Positions 12,101-21,073 of a stretch of 64,000 bases of DNA are shown here, piece by piece. The notes below the pieces were generated by a model. The model was not told where the DNA came from. It did not search any database and saw nothing but the letters and a program-made list of their open reading frames with translations. The stretch is from a virus (taxonomy: Duplodnaviria > Caudoviricetes), in the IMG/VR virus record IMGVR_UViG_3300044695_004869, one strand, 5' to 3'. Both the position numbers and the translations under genes were made by a program. Position 1 is the stretch's first letter. The number at the start of each line of letters is the position of its first letter.

Positions 12101-13398
12101 AATGAATCCCATAAAGGATCTTTTTCACAAGTATCTTCTATTGAGGTATACCCTGTGGTTGCACAAGTAATACAATCGATACATTCATCACACGTATCAC
12201 AATCAGGACATTCATGTTCACATACCGGTGTGGTTTCACAATAAATAGGTGTAGGTGTTGGGGTAGGTGTTGGGGTAGGACTTGGTTCACATGGTTTACA
12301 CAATAATGGTACAATTGGCATTGGTGTTGGTGTAACACCTGTTATTAATGCACATGGGTGAGTTTTACATTCCCATCCACAAGTACCGCAAGGTTCCTCA
12401 CCACAATCACAACCACAATAACGTTTTTGTTCTTTACAAACGTCACATCCATAATTAAGGTGGTAATCATGAATTCCATCAACAGATCTTGGTGGATATA
12501 CAAATATACATCTACTATTTGTTACTCCTGTATTACAACAAGCACAAGTTACTAAACAATCTGCTAAATCAGAAGTAACTCTTGTATATCCCGTGAAACA
12601 TTTTGGGTGACCATCAGCGTGATGATAAAATTTATTTTCCGCTCTCGTACCTAAATAGAAAAAAGTATTTTTATTATCGGGATAAATTTCATTAAGTGTT
12701 GTTTCTCCCGTTGAAATAATTTTGTCGTTTAAAATTCTCGGTTTCAATAACATTTCAACTGACCAACCCTTGTTGGTTCTTTCAGGTAAAACTTCATAAT
12801 CATAACCAAATAATTTGTAAAACCCTTGATAAAACCCACCATATAACTTATGAAACTTTCCAACATTTGGTTCTGTTGCACTTTCTATTTCATATAATGT
12901 AGTTTTAGAGATACCTGAAAATCTATTATATTGCGAAGTATATCCCGTAACTTGGAACATCTTCATTCTTCTATCAAAATAAGTTCTTTGGAATTTTTCA
13001 GTTTGATTAAATAATCCATTAGTAAATGTGATTGTTTGACCAACTAAAGATGTTACCAAACCATTGTCCATTCCGACTAAACCTATATCACAAGCACTTT
13101 GAGCACTAAAACAAGTAAGATCTAAATTATCGGGGTTATAATAGTTTTCAGAAACAACTAAATTTCTAAAATCATATTGACCATAAGTGAGTGTTAAATT
13201 TTGTCTGGTGTTTGAACTATTTAAATCATAATAAACAGGTAATCTATTACCATATGTTTGTGCAATAAGATACGGGGAAAACACAACCTCTTGGTTGTAG
13301 TCCACCTCATCAGACGCTAAAGACATATCTGACGAATCCAACGCAAAACTTATTTTTAGTTTCGAGTACACATATTGATTAATGTTCTGTTGTGCCAT
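9109..13398 (-). CDS. Large Cys-rich, Pro/Thr-linker protein (1429 aa), probable structural protein
   Basis: Long ORF; LamG-like remnant (FGGTFEGGISQFRMY); PT tracts; Cys cluster; upstream TATTTAT at 13409-13415. Confidence 0.78.
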   Translation of the reverse strand: MAQQNINQYVYSKLKISFALDSSDMSLASDEVDYNQEVVFSPYLIAQTYGNRLPVYYDLNSSNTRQNLTLTYGQYDFRNLVVSENYYNPDNLDLTCFSAQSACDIGLVGMDNGLVTSLVGQTITFTNGLFNQTEKFQRTYFDRRMKMFQVTGYTSQYNRFSGISKTTLYEIESATEPNVGKFHKLYGGFYQGFYKLFGYDYEVLPERTNKGWSVEMLLKPRILNDKIISTGETTLNEIYPDNKNTFFYLGTRAENKFYHHADGHPKCFTGYTRVTSDLADCLVTCACCNTGVTNSRCIFVYPPRSVDGIHDYHLNYGCDVCKEQKRYCGCDCGEEPCGTCGWECKTHPCALITGVTPTPMPIVPLLCKPCEPSPTPTPTPTPTPIYCETTPVCEHECPDCDTCDECIDCITCATTGYTSIEDTCEKDPLWDSLSNAFSVKFSGDPRNPRICVKALRFTGDCVTTGSCATTGITHMTGYTIDTYCSPNGIYDYCLTKCNEFFDVEKWLMVDVVWRRYTWLDTCDLQWRGGLGDITEIKYLDSLVNDTTKLIKPPYTHENCSIDPEQIELVKLNQKWLNDLEFRMGRLKIYVNGKPFFTIENFEEIIPRPLDTDKERQIGVPFNISWGGGTQGLRENLVFSSCTLPYTDYIQDPELFPPNVLSGTTLAGMRTNILLEQNFGGTFEGGISQFRMYIDPLDASEVKHNFKILKDRFNMFDPDCPDCNTYICPVDNFISDIIITPTPTPTNTQIVSPTPTKTPTNTPTPTITLSPNNTNNLCGPPCGLGFDTYSSNTVGQLVVGSITGGCGSITSYVIYWYDSLGNIQLVSGFGPLIAGFTPYTVTHPLTGAGSPPLPAGQYTPVLQAIIINGITYTSTGASGTTEANLDCFTNLDITVQSFSCENCTEVGHYKCRKSYITSPGSLVPAGTLSTTFALDPTQPYFAYAFKGESIPDTLKITFVNQDGTNYNSPIVVEYLTTGQSVPGDSDLSVNTIPKRLETGQAPSYYAKPINLSNFVINNGDYLILEVIPNSGITQTSWDLYFTCLESFDCDTCLSTNTPFKISASTLTFSADPICNILNVKGTVIGCPSYDNEDIFKFMHSVTNQYLPTFNSSDGTAYYPYSTYYALGGFNGNNFTSFNPNCSGVGYGPPSNCQATGNTINVTKVGSIITITCSSISDRDVYYNSYISTYNSTGWSPTPPLPTTIQYYTYIVFRHIIPLSSISTCGDNQYTVTNYNIHPTSVVTTGGGPGAYTMTINLANITNQYPLNNCNNCYAITDSYTQIINNSVSSPNINTTTNNGLRFDNPFANYVKINSYTPSQPLGYFGGAGLSIPYYSTQTIPYSGNPLTVIPSLSATTCDFGWMDFVNFINPNGLKEVQYFTKSFGSYWIQPTDPNNPTYFNLWDSWPSGTLIYEVNASFPNGNIVDPNYFI

Positions 13399-13407
13399 CT
13401 TTTTTTT

Positions 13408-13435
13408 AATAAATACAGCAAACGAAGTATTTATT
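13408..13435. promoter_or_regulatory. Back-to-back pair of putative late promoters (AATAAATAC-N10-GTATTTATT) between divergent genes
   Basis: Perfect 9-bp inverted repeat placing one TATTTAT copy on the coding strand of each divergent gene (13398 minus, 13449 plus). Confidence 0.6.
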
Positions 13436-13448
13436 GTAAAAAATACTT

Positions 13449-14408
13449 ATGATGAGTAAAATTACTGACGAACTTAAAAAATACAAAAACGCGGCAACTA
13501 GTGAGGCGAAAGAAACTAGATTGTTGGTTAAGATATTGATGTCAGCGGCGAAAGAGTATAAAAAGGATAAAAAGTTTAAATTAGATAATGAGGATGTACA
13601 ATTTATAAAAGATCAATCACAAGACCTTTTAAAATTAATTCCTTTAATTGTTATTCAAATTTTACCCGGTGCTACCATCGCCACTCCATTTATTGTTGAA
13701 CTAAGTAAAAAATTAGGAATTAAATTAAATAGTAAAATTCCTGAAAAACACAAAGAAAAAAAATCGGGAGGTGAGATTGATGAATTAGTAAATTCTGATG
13801 GGTCTATGATTGGAAAATCAACACCAATGTTAGATTTAGGCATGCATCCAAGAAAAACAATGGACCAAACGGTTATTGCCACAAGACAAACAAATAACCC
13901 TGCCGTTAGAGGTTATAGAGTTTACTATGGTGAATCTGAAGAAAAAGATGATGAAAAAATGTTAGATGAATATAATTTGAAACCTACGTTTGCTTATGAT
14001 GAAACAGAAGATGTTTCAACATATGAGAAAGCGGATGAAGTATTAATTGATTTAGGGATAGAAGATGATTGTGAAAGACATGAAAGATTGGAAGTTTTAG
14101 GTTTTGATCCTGAGTTAGACGATCAACTAGAAGATGAAAAGGAACACGGTGAATGTGAAGATTGTTTCACTAAAAGAAGATTGGCCGAATTAGAAAAACA
14201 AAAGATGACCAAAATGATTGATGAAATAATAGTTGGTAAAAAAAGTAACGATAATGATTTCGTAAAAAAAACAAAAGAAGAAGAGGATGAGGATAAATCT
14301 CCAATTAGTAAAATATTAATGAGAAACATTGAATCAATTAAAAAAATTGCAGAAAAAGAAGGTATATCATTGAATAAACTATTTAAACATTTTAGACAAA
14401 GTGAATAA
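13449..14408 (+). CDS. Hypothetical protein, 319 aa (N-terminal hydrophobic helix-turn segment, acidic C-terminal half)
   Basis: ORF; IPLIVIQILPGATIATPFIVEL is reminiscent of LETM1-like segments, not confirmed. Confidence 0.7.
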   Translation: MMSKITDELKKYKNAATSEAKETRLLVKILMSAAKEYKKDKKFKLDNEDVQFIKDQSQDLLKLIPLIVIQILPGATIATPFIVELSKKLGIKLNSKIPEKHKEKKSGGEIDELVNSDGSMIGKSTPMLDLGMHPRKTMDQTVIATRQTNNPAVRGYRVYYGESEEKDDEKMLDEYNLKPTFAYDETEDVSTYEKADEVLIDLGIEDDCERHERLEVLGFDPELDDQLEDEKEHGECEDCFTKRRLAELEKQKMTKMIDEIIVGKKSNDNDFVKKTKEEEDEDKSPISKILMRNIESIKKIAEKEGISLNKLFKHFRQSE

Positions 14409-14868
14409 GGAATTATACGGTAAAATGATACCACTACCTAAAGAACTTTTAGAATATCTAGGACAATGTTTTGATCAGGTACCTAATTCTGACGCTTCAG
14501 TAGAAGGTCATAAAAGAAATGAATTTTTAAGAGATAGAGGACAAGCGTCTTTCCAACAATTAGAAAGAATTGAAAATTGGTTTAACTATTATGACGGAGA
14601 AAAAGAATCCGCACCATATATTTTAAATGGTGGTGATTATATGAGAAGTTGGGTAACTCAAACAATAGATGGTTTAAGAAGAGGAACAACAACTCCCGAA
14701 ATAACAAATGATGTTATGCCTGACGATGTTAATGACGATCTTATTGATGACATGGGATGGTTGTCAAATATGAATAGAGATGTGAAATCACATAAAGATG
14801 TGAATGATGATATAAAAATCACAGAAGCCTTAAGAAGGATAAACGACATAATGAAAAAAATAATTTAA
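14401..14868 (+). CDS. Hypothetical protein, 155 aa
   Basis: GTG start overlapping the upstream stop; C-terminal ITEALRRINDIMKKII motif. Confidence 0.7.
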   Translation: MNKELYGKMIPLPKELLEYLGQCFDQVPNSDASVEGHKRNEFLRDRGQASFQQLERIENWFNYYDGEKESAPYILNGGDYMRSWVTQTIDGLRRGTTTPEITNDVMPDDVNDDLIDDMGWLSNMNRDVKSHKDVNDDIKITEALRRINDIMKKII

Positions 14869-14869
14869 T

Positions 14870-15157
14870 ATGCCAGTTACAGAACCACTTAATTTTAGTC
14901 AACCGGATAATGAGTTGTCTCAAATTGCCGTACAACAAAGATCAAAATTATTCCCAAAGAATGATTATAAAGATACGAATAAATACTCTTCAACTAACCC
15001 TGATGCAATTGCCGATGGTGATGAATTAGGAAAAGGTACTGGTGTATTTTTAGATACCGTTAATGGAGGATCTTCAATAGATGCCCTTGAGAGAAAAAAT
15101 GGTATTAAAGTAAATGAATATCAAGCTAACAAACCATATACAACTCCTTCGGCGTAA
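14870..15157 (+). CDS. Hypothetical protein, 95 aa
   Basis: Tightly packed ORF in the operon. Confidence 0.75.
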   Translation: MPVTEPLNFSQPDNELSQIAVQQRSKLFPKNDYKDTNKYSSTNPDAIADGDELGKGTGVFLDTVNGGSSIDALERKNGIKVNEYQANKPYTTPSA

Positions 15158-15810
15158 TGAAACTTTACAATACTTTAAAAGATATTATTCTTGAGGTAGT
15201 TGCCGTTAATTCAGTTACAGACACAATTAAAAAGAAACAAAAAATTGTGGTGTACTATGATGGTGATGAACCAGGAGGTAAAGGTTTGCGTTTAATTGAA
15301 CCTGTATGTTTTGGGTATAGTAAAGCCGATAACCCTGTTTTAAGGGCTTGGGATTTAGAAGGAGCGTCTCACACCGCATATAAAGGAGAACAACCTTTAC
15401 CGGGATGGAGATTATTTAGGTTAGATAAGATATTAACTTACAAACCATCAGGTGAAAATTTTGATTCACCAAGACCCGGATATAACCCAAGAGGTGACAG
15501 AAGTATGAACAGAGTTATTATTAACGCTGTTTTTGATGAAGGAGTGGAACCAACAATAGAAAGCTCAATAAATGATATTGTTGCTACTGTTGTTAATTCA
15601 ATGATAAACAATATTATTCAAAAAGAAGGAGAAGAATATTTGGTAAATGTTGATCTATCTAAGGCGGCAGAATCTTATAGACAAATTTATCAAGAATTAG
15701 AAAGAAGATTAAATAGAAAATTAACACCCGAAGATAGAGATAACTTCAGAAGTCAAATACAAGATTTAATTCGTCAGTCACAAGATTTAGTAATAAATAA
15801 TATAAAATAA
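15157..15810 (+). CDS. WYL-domain protein
   Basis: VVYYDG...RLIEPVCFG...VLRAWD...GWRLFRLDKI matches the WYL signature (YY..R.IEP..W..RxFRLD.I). Confidence 0.75.
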   Translation: MKLYNTLKDIILEVVAVNSVTDTIKKKQKIVVYYDGDEPGGKGLRLIEPVCFGYSKADNPVLRAWDLEGASHTAYKGEQPLPGWRLFRLDKILTYKPSGENFDSPRPGYNPRGDRSMNRVIINAVFDEGVEPTIESSINDIVATVVNSMINNIIQKEGEEYLVNVDLSKAAESYRQIYQELERRLNRKLTPEDRDNFRSQIQDLIRQSQDLVINNIK

Positions 15811-15813
15811 AAA

Positions 15814-16407
15814 ATGGGAGCAGAACAAGATTTAATACAAAAATTAATGATTTCTAAACAAATTATGGATAAACATAATGGTATGAGCAGAAATCAAACT
15901 CAAGGTAATGTATTGTCTTCACCTATGGTAGAAGAATTTTCACCAGTACAAGCCAATTATAATTTACCACCCGATTTGTTATCAGAAACAAATACGGCAC
16001 CAACTAAAATTAATACAGAATTACCAACATCAGATAGAATTCTTAATTCAAGATTACCCGATGAAATTAAAAAATTAATGATGGAACATCCAATACAACA
16101 ACCAAATATGGGTGTTTCCACGGGTTCTGTTTTATCTAATGAACTAGTTGAAAAGGCATCAAGATTAATGAATACAAATGCGAAGGGAGACACCATTCAA
16201 CAACGTAAACCACAACAACAAATTAACGAAAGTATCCCAACCAACAATAATTTAAAAAATATTATTAGAGAAACAATGGAAGAAGTTTTAAAAGAGAACG
16301 GTCTACTTGTTGAATCAGAATCAAAAAGTAATGATCTTTTTAAATTCAGAGTTGGTGACCATATCTTTGAGGGTAAGATTGTTAGAGTTAAAAAAGTTTC
16401 CAAATAA
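15814..16407 (+). CDS. Hypothetical protein, 197 aa
   Basis: ORF followed by an intrinsic terminator. Confidence 0.75.
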   Translation: MGAEQDLIQKLMISKQIMDKHNGMSRNQTQGNVLSSPMVEEFSPVQANYNLPPDLLSETNTAPTKINTELPTSDRILNSRLPDEIKKLMMEHPIQQPNMGVSTGSVLSNELVEKASRLMNTNAKGDTIQQRKPQQQINESIPTNNNLKNIIRETMEEVLKENGLLVESESKSNDLFKFRVGDHIFEGKIVRVKKVSK

Positions 16408-16431
16408 AACAATTCATAATTTAATTTATTT

Positions 16432-16460
16432 CCCCATTCTCTTTGAGTTTGGGGTTTTTT
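16432..16460 (+). terminator. Intrinsic terminator
   Basis: CCCCA-ttctc-ttt-gagtt-TGGGG followed by T6. Confidence 0.65.
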
Positions 16461-16470
16461 ATTTTTGGGG

Positions 16471-16501
16471 TTGATATTAATCTATTAATTGATTATATTT
16501 C
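16471..16501 (+). promoter_or_regulatory. Host-type promoter for the glycosylation island
   Basis: TTGATA-N17-TATATT; equivalently TTG-N20-TATATTTC (near-match to Bacteroidota TAnnTTTG); ATG at 16522. Confidence 0.55.
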
Positions 16502-16521
16502 TAATAAATTTATATTTTATT

Positions 16522-17736
16522 ATGACAAAAATTAATGTATTAGTTCTCCCAAGTGACAAATCTGGTGTAGGAAAGTTTAGGTCAGTTGACCCCCATGTTA
16601 TGTTACAAAATATGTATCCTGAAGATTTTCATATAGACATTGACTACGAACCAAAAGTTATGGATCAAAACTATTGGAAAAAATATCAAATTGTACACGT
16701 ACATAGAAATATTGGGCAGACGTATGAAGAGACACCAAAATTGATTGAGTGGTTAAAATCAAATGGTATTATAGTAATTGTTGATATTGATGATTATTGG
16801 TTACCGACAAAAGAACACCCAATACACCAATTAATTATACAAAATAAAATTCATCAAAAAATTATGGATAATTTAAAGGTTGCATCTTATGTTACAACTA
16901 CAACTAAATTATTTGCAGATGAGATTAGAAAATATAATAAAAATGTTGAGGTATTTGCTAACGCCATTAACCCGAAAGATCCACAGTTCAATGAACAAAC
17001 ATTATCATCTGACAAAATAAGAGTTGGTTGGTTAGGTGGGTCATCTCACCTTCACGATTTAAAATTGATGAGTGGGTTTGTTTCAAAATTATCTCCACTA
17101 CAAGATAAATTACAATATTATGTTTGTGGTTTTGATACAAGAGGTACGGTTACGGAAATTAATAAGGAAACAGGTCAACAGACACAAAGAGCAATTAAAC
17201 CTGAGGAAACTGTTTGGGCAAGATATGAAGAAATTTTCACCGACAATTATAAAATTGTAACACCAAAATATAAGGAATTCTTAAGTAAGTTTGAAGAAAA
17301 AGAATTTTTTGGGTGGGAAAATGAAAACTATGTAAGAGTATGGACAAGACCTGTTACAACTTACGCAAAAAACTACGCTAAATTTGATATCTCATTGGCC
17401 CCAATCCAAAACCACATATTCAATAGAATGAAATCTCAATTAAAAGTTATTGAGGCAGGATTCTATAAGAAAGCATTAATTGCTTCTAATGTGGGTCCAT
17501 ATACGATTGATTTGAAACACGCATTACACCAAGGTCAATTTACGGATGGAAATGCATTATTAGTAAATGAATCAAACAACCATAGTGATTGGGCAAAAAA
17601 TATAAAAAAATTAGTAGAAAACCCAAGTATGATAGTTGATTTGGGTGAACGATTATATGAAACAGTTAAAGATAGATACGATCTTAATAACGTAACAAAA
17701 GAAAGAGCAGAATTTTACAAATCCTTAATTAAATAA
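16522..17736 (+). CDS. GT-B (GT4-like) glycosyltransferase
   Basis: VIVDIDDYW, VRVGWLGGSSHLHDL, FDISLAPI..HIFNRMKSQLKVIEAG...LIASNVGPY. Start moved to ATG 16522. Confidence 0.8.
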   Translation: MTKINVLVLPSDKSGVGKFRSVDPHVMLQNMYPEDFHIDIDYEPKVMDQNYWKKYQIVHVHRNIGQTYEETPKLIEWLKSNGIIVIVDIDDYWLPTKEHPIHQLIIQNKIHQKIMDNLKVASYVTTTTKLFADEIRKYNKNVEVFANAINPKDPQFNEQTLSSDKIRVGWLGGSSHLHDLKLMSGFVSKLSPLQDKLQYYVCGFDTRGTVTEINKETGQQTQRAIKPEETVWARYEEIFTDNYKIVTPKYKEFLSKFEEKEFFGWENENYVRVWTRPVTTYAKNYAKFDISLAPIQNHIFNRMKSQLKVIEAGFYKKALIASNVGPYTIDLKHALHQGQFTDGNALLVNESNNHSDWAKNIKKLVENPSMIVDLGERLYETVKDRYDLNNVTKERAEFYKSLIK

Positions 17737-17739
17737 AAA

Positions 17740-18459
17740 ATGATTAACGTACCAATTACAAAAATTTTATTCCTTGATATTGAAACAGTTGGAATATCAA
17801 AAGATTATGACACTTGTGTAAAAGAATATCCAAGATTAGGTGAACAATTTGACAAATACTTTGATTGGTTCTTAAAAAGATTTCCGGAAGACCAATTGAT
17901 TGGTAAGAATGAAAACGAAAGAAAGAATTTAATCTTCTCAACAAGAACCGCATTGGTCCCTGAATTTGCTAAAATTGTTTGTGTGAGTGTTGCTTTCGTA
18001 ACAGATAAGAATGAAGTTAAAAAACAAACATTCTCAAACGATAATGAAGAAACACTTTTAAGTGAACTTCAAACATTGTTAAATCGTTGTGGTAAATTAG
18101 ATTTCCATTTATGTGGTCATAACTTAAAGAATTTTGATATTCCAATGATTGCTAAACGTATGATTATTAATGGATTAAAACCATCATCAATTTTACCATC
18201 ATATGATACTAAACCTTGGGAGATCAAAGCAATTGATACTAAAGATGTTTGGCAATATGGTGCATATACCGCAATCGGATCATTGGACTTAATGTGTTCG
18301 GCGTTAGATATTCCAACACCAAAAGGTGGGGAAGTAACGGGAGATAAAGTTCATGATTGTTATTGGAACAAAGGTATGTTAAAAGAAATTGGGGAATACT
18401 GTGAACGAGATGTTGAGGTTCTGATTGATGCAATCATAAAATTAAAACAATTAAAATAA
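17740..18459 (+). CDS. 3'-5' exonuclease (PolB-exo-like, DnaQ superfamily)
   Basis: LFLDIET (ExoI), CGHNLKNFDIP (ExoII), YCERDV (ExoIII). Confidence 0.85.
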   Translation: MINVPITKILFLDIETVGISKDYDTCVKEYPRLGEQFDKYFDWFLKRFPEDQLIGKNENERKNLIFSTRTALVPEFAKIVCVSVAFVTDKNEVKKQTFSNDNEETLLSELQTLLNRCGKLDFHLCGHNLKNFDIPMIAKRMIINGLKPSSILPSYDTKPWEIKAIDTKDVWQYGAYTAIGSLDLMCSALDIPTPKGGEVTGDKVHDCYWNKGMLKEIGEYCERDVEVLIDAIIKLKQLK

Positions 18460-19067
18460 TGAACGATAATAAAGTTGATGAGTTTGAGGAAATGCTCAAA
18501 CGAGTTAGTACTCTTGAGGCAGCGTTAGATGATGATGGTGAAATAGAAATTGATTATGATTCCATAATCCAAGAATTTGGTTTAGATGTTGAGGAATTGG
18601 AAAGAGCAATGGAATCCATGCAACCCACAATTAAATTACATTATAGTAAATCTAATTCAGGATCAACATCCCCATCATACGCATACCAAACAGATTCGGG
18701 AATGGATTTATTTTCTACCGAATCAATCACATTAAAACCTTTTGGTAGAGGTTTGATCCCAACGGGAATACATTTTGATATACCTGAAAATTATGAAATA
18801 CAAGTTAGATCAAAAAGTGGTTTGGCATTAAATCAAGGATTGATGGTTTTAAATTCTCCCGGCACTGTAGATCAAGGATATACTGGTGAAATAAAAGTTA
18901 TAATGTTTAACACGACTAGTAATCCCGTAGAAATTAAACAAGGTCAGAAAATTGCTCAAGCAGTTATGACACCTGTAGTTTGTGGTAAATGGATTGAATT
19001 AACTGAAGTGGATAATGTTACCTCGAAAGATAGAGAGGATAAAGGGTTTGGAAGTACAGGAATATGA
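18459..19067 (+). CDS. dut: dUTPase (trimeric) with acidic N-terminal extension
   Basis: DSGMDL, RSKSGLA, PGTVDQGYTGEI, KIAQAV, REDKGFGSTG motifs. Confidence 0.93.
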   Translation: MNDNKVDEFEEMLKRVSTLEAALDDDGEIEIDYDSIIQEFGLDVEELERAMESMQPTIKLHYSKSNSGSTSPSYAYQTDSGMDLFSTESITLKPFGRGLIPTGIHFDIPENYEIQVRSKSGLALNQGLMVLNSPGTVDQGYTGEIKVIMFNTTSNPVEIKQGQKIAQAVMTPVVCGKWIELTEVDNVTSKDREDKGFGSTGI

Positions 19068-20455
19068 TTACGATTGGATATAGTACAAAATCAACAAAAC
19101 CAAATTTTATAAGTCACATAAAAGAAACTTGTGGTTTAGACAATGTCCAAATCATTGAGAAAATTAATAATGGTGATAAATGTTTATCTGCAACTTATAA
19201 TGAAATTTTGTCCGAAAGTTTAAATGATATTGTTGTTTTATGTCATGACGATATAATATTTGAAAAACCATATTGGGCAAAAAGAGTTATTGAACATTTC
19301 ACAAAGAGACCTGAATTTGGGGTTCTTGGAGTTGCGGGAACAAGATACTATCCTTCTACTGGTATGTGGTGGGAAATTACTTCTGAAATGGTTGGTCAGG
19401 TTTACCACAAACATAATGGTAAAAAATGGTTATCATCATATAACGATCCTTTTGGAAACAAAGTTATTGACACCGTTATTATTGATGGTGTTTTTATGAT
19501 GATAAATAAGAAAAAAATATTTACAACATTCAATGAAGAAGTTGAGGGGTTTCACTTTTATGATACCACATTTTCATTTGAAAATCATATTAACGGAGTT
19601 AAGGTTGGTGTAGTTTCAAATATCCCAATTACTCACCTATCAATAGGTATGACGAACGATCAATGGAATAAAAATAGAGAAAAGTTTATTGAAAATTATA
19701 AGGATCACTTACCTAATATTTTAGAGAATAACCTACCGGTTAATCCCCAAAACAAAAAACTTCCTTTGGTCTCTGTAATTATGCCAGTTTATAATTATGG
19801 AAAAATGTTTCAAAAATCTATTGAGTCGGTATTCAACTCAACTTATAAAAACTTTGAACTAATCATTGTTAATGATGGGTCTACAGATGAATATATTATA
19901 AATAAATTAAATTCTCTATCTAACCACCCTAATATAAAAATTATTAATCAAGAAAATGGTGGTCCGGCAAACGCAAGAAATAACGGAATAAAAAATTCAA
20001 ATGGAGAATATATTTTACCATTAGATTCTGATGACATGATCTCCGCAGAATATATTCAAACTTGTGTTAATATTATTAGAAAAGATAAAAAAATTAGTCC
20101 TGTATATTGTGATACAAATCATGTTGGTCAAATAAGTGGGGTTGAGAATAGACCTGAATGGTCAAAAGAAAGATTAATACAAGGTCCATTTATTGTTAAT
20201 TGTTCAATGTTTACAAGAGAATCTTTTGAAATGTGTGGAGGATATGATGAGGAAATGAAAGGATGGGAAGATTATGATTTATGGGTTAGAATGATGAATA
20301 ATGGTTTTGTTGGTAAAAGAATACCAAAACCATTGTTTACCTACTATCACCACGAAAAAGATGGGACCGTGTCAACAGAAGCAAATAAAAATACGAAAGA
20401 ATTATATGAATATATAATGTCTAAAAATAATATATTTAAAAATGAAAATAACTGA
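19064..20455 (+). CDS. Two-domain GT-A glycosyltransferase (GT2-like plus GT2)
   Basis: N-terminal domain VLCHDD...GFHFYD; C-terminal domain VSVIMPVYN...IVNDGSTD...PLDSDD...WEDYDLW. Confidence 0.88.
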   Translation: MITIGYSTKSTKPNFISHIKETCGLDNVQIIEKINNGDKCLSATYNEILSESLNDIVVLCHDDIIFEKPYWAKRVIEHFTKRPEFGVLGVAGTRYYPSTGMWWEITSEMVGQVYHKHNGKKWLSSYNDPFGNKVIDTVIIDGVFMMINKKKIFTTFNEEVEGFHFYDTTFSFENHINGVKVGVVSNIPITHLSIGMTNDQWNKNREKFIENYKDHLPNILENNLPVNPQNKKLPLVSVIMPVYNYGKMFQKSIESVFNSTYKNFELIIVNDGSTDEYIINKLNSLSNHPNIKIINQENGGPANARNNGIKNSNGEYILPLDSDDMISAEYIQTCVNIIRKDKKISPVYCDTNHVGQISGVENRPEWSKERLIQGPFIVNCSMFTRESFEMCGGYDEEMKGWEDYDLWVRMMNNGFVGKRIPKPLFTYYHHEKDGTVSTEANKNTKELYEYIMSKNNIFKNENN

Positions 20456-21071
20456 TTTTTTTGATAAAACATTTTGCATTAATTTAGAAAGAAGATCTGA
20501 TAGATGGGAAGAATGTCTTATAGAGTTTAATAAATACGGATTAACAAATATTAATCAATTTAATGCTGTTGACGGTAAAGAATTACCACAGGTCATATCA
20601 GGGTTTGTTACACCATCAAGATTGGCATTAGTTTTAACTAATATGAAAATACTAGAAGAAGCGTTAGAAAATAATTATAAATCAATATTAATTTTAGAAG
20701 ATGATGTTGAATTTAACCATCAAGTTATTGATATGGAAGATTATTTTAAAATGTTACCCGATGATTGGGATATGTTATATTTTGGGGGCAACCATAATAC
20801 TCACATGAATGTAAAACCCCCAATTATAGTTAATGAAAAAGTTTGTAAATTACATAAAACATATAGTACTCATTGTGTTGCAATTAATGGTAAATCAATT
20901 AGTAAAGTGTATGATAGAATAAAAAAACGTGATAATGCTCTTGATGTTATTTATGTTGAGTTACAAAATACGTTAAACGTCTATTCATTTTATCCTATGA
21001 TTGCAACTCAGAGAGTTAGTTTTAGTGATATTGAAAATAGAGTAACTGATTATAAATGGTTAATAAAATAA
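20442..21071 (+). CDS. GT25 family glycosyltransferase
   Basis: FCINLERRSDRW...ILILEDDVEF...DWDMLYFG. Confidence 0.82.
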   Translation: MKITDFFDKTFCINLERRSDRWEECLIEFNKYGLTNINQFNAVDGKELPQVISGFVTPSRLALVLTNMKILEEALENNYKSILILEDDVEFNHQVIDMEDYFKMLPDDWDMLYFGGNHNTHMNVKPPIIVNEKVCKLHKTYSTHCVAINGKSISKVYDRIKKRDNALDVIYVELQNTLNVYSFYPMIATQRVSFSDIENRVTDYKWLIK

Positions 21072-21073
21072 TT

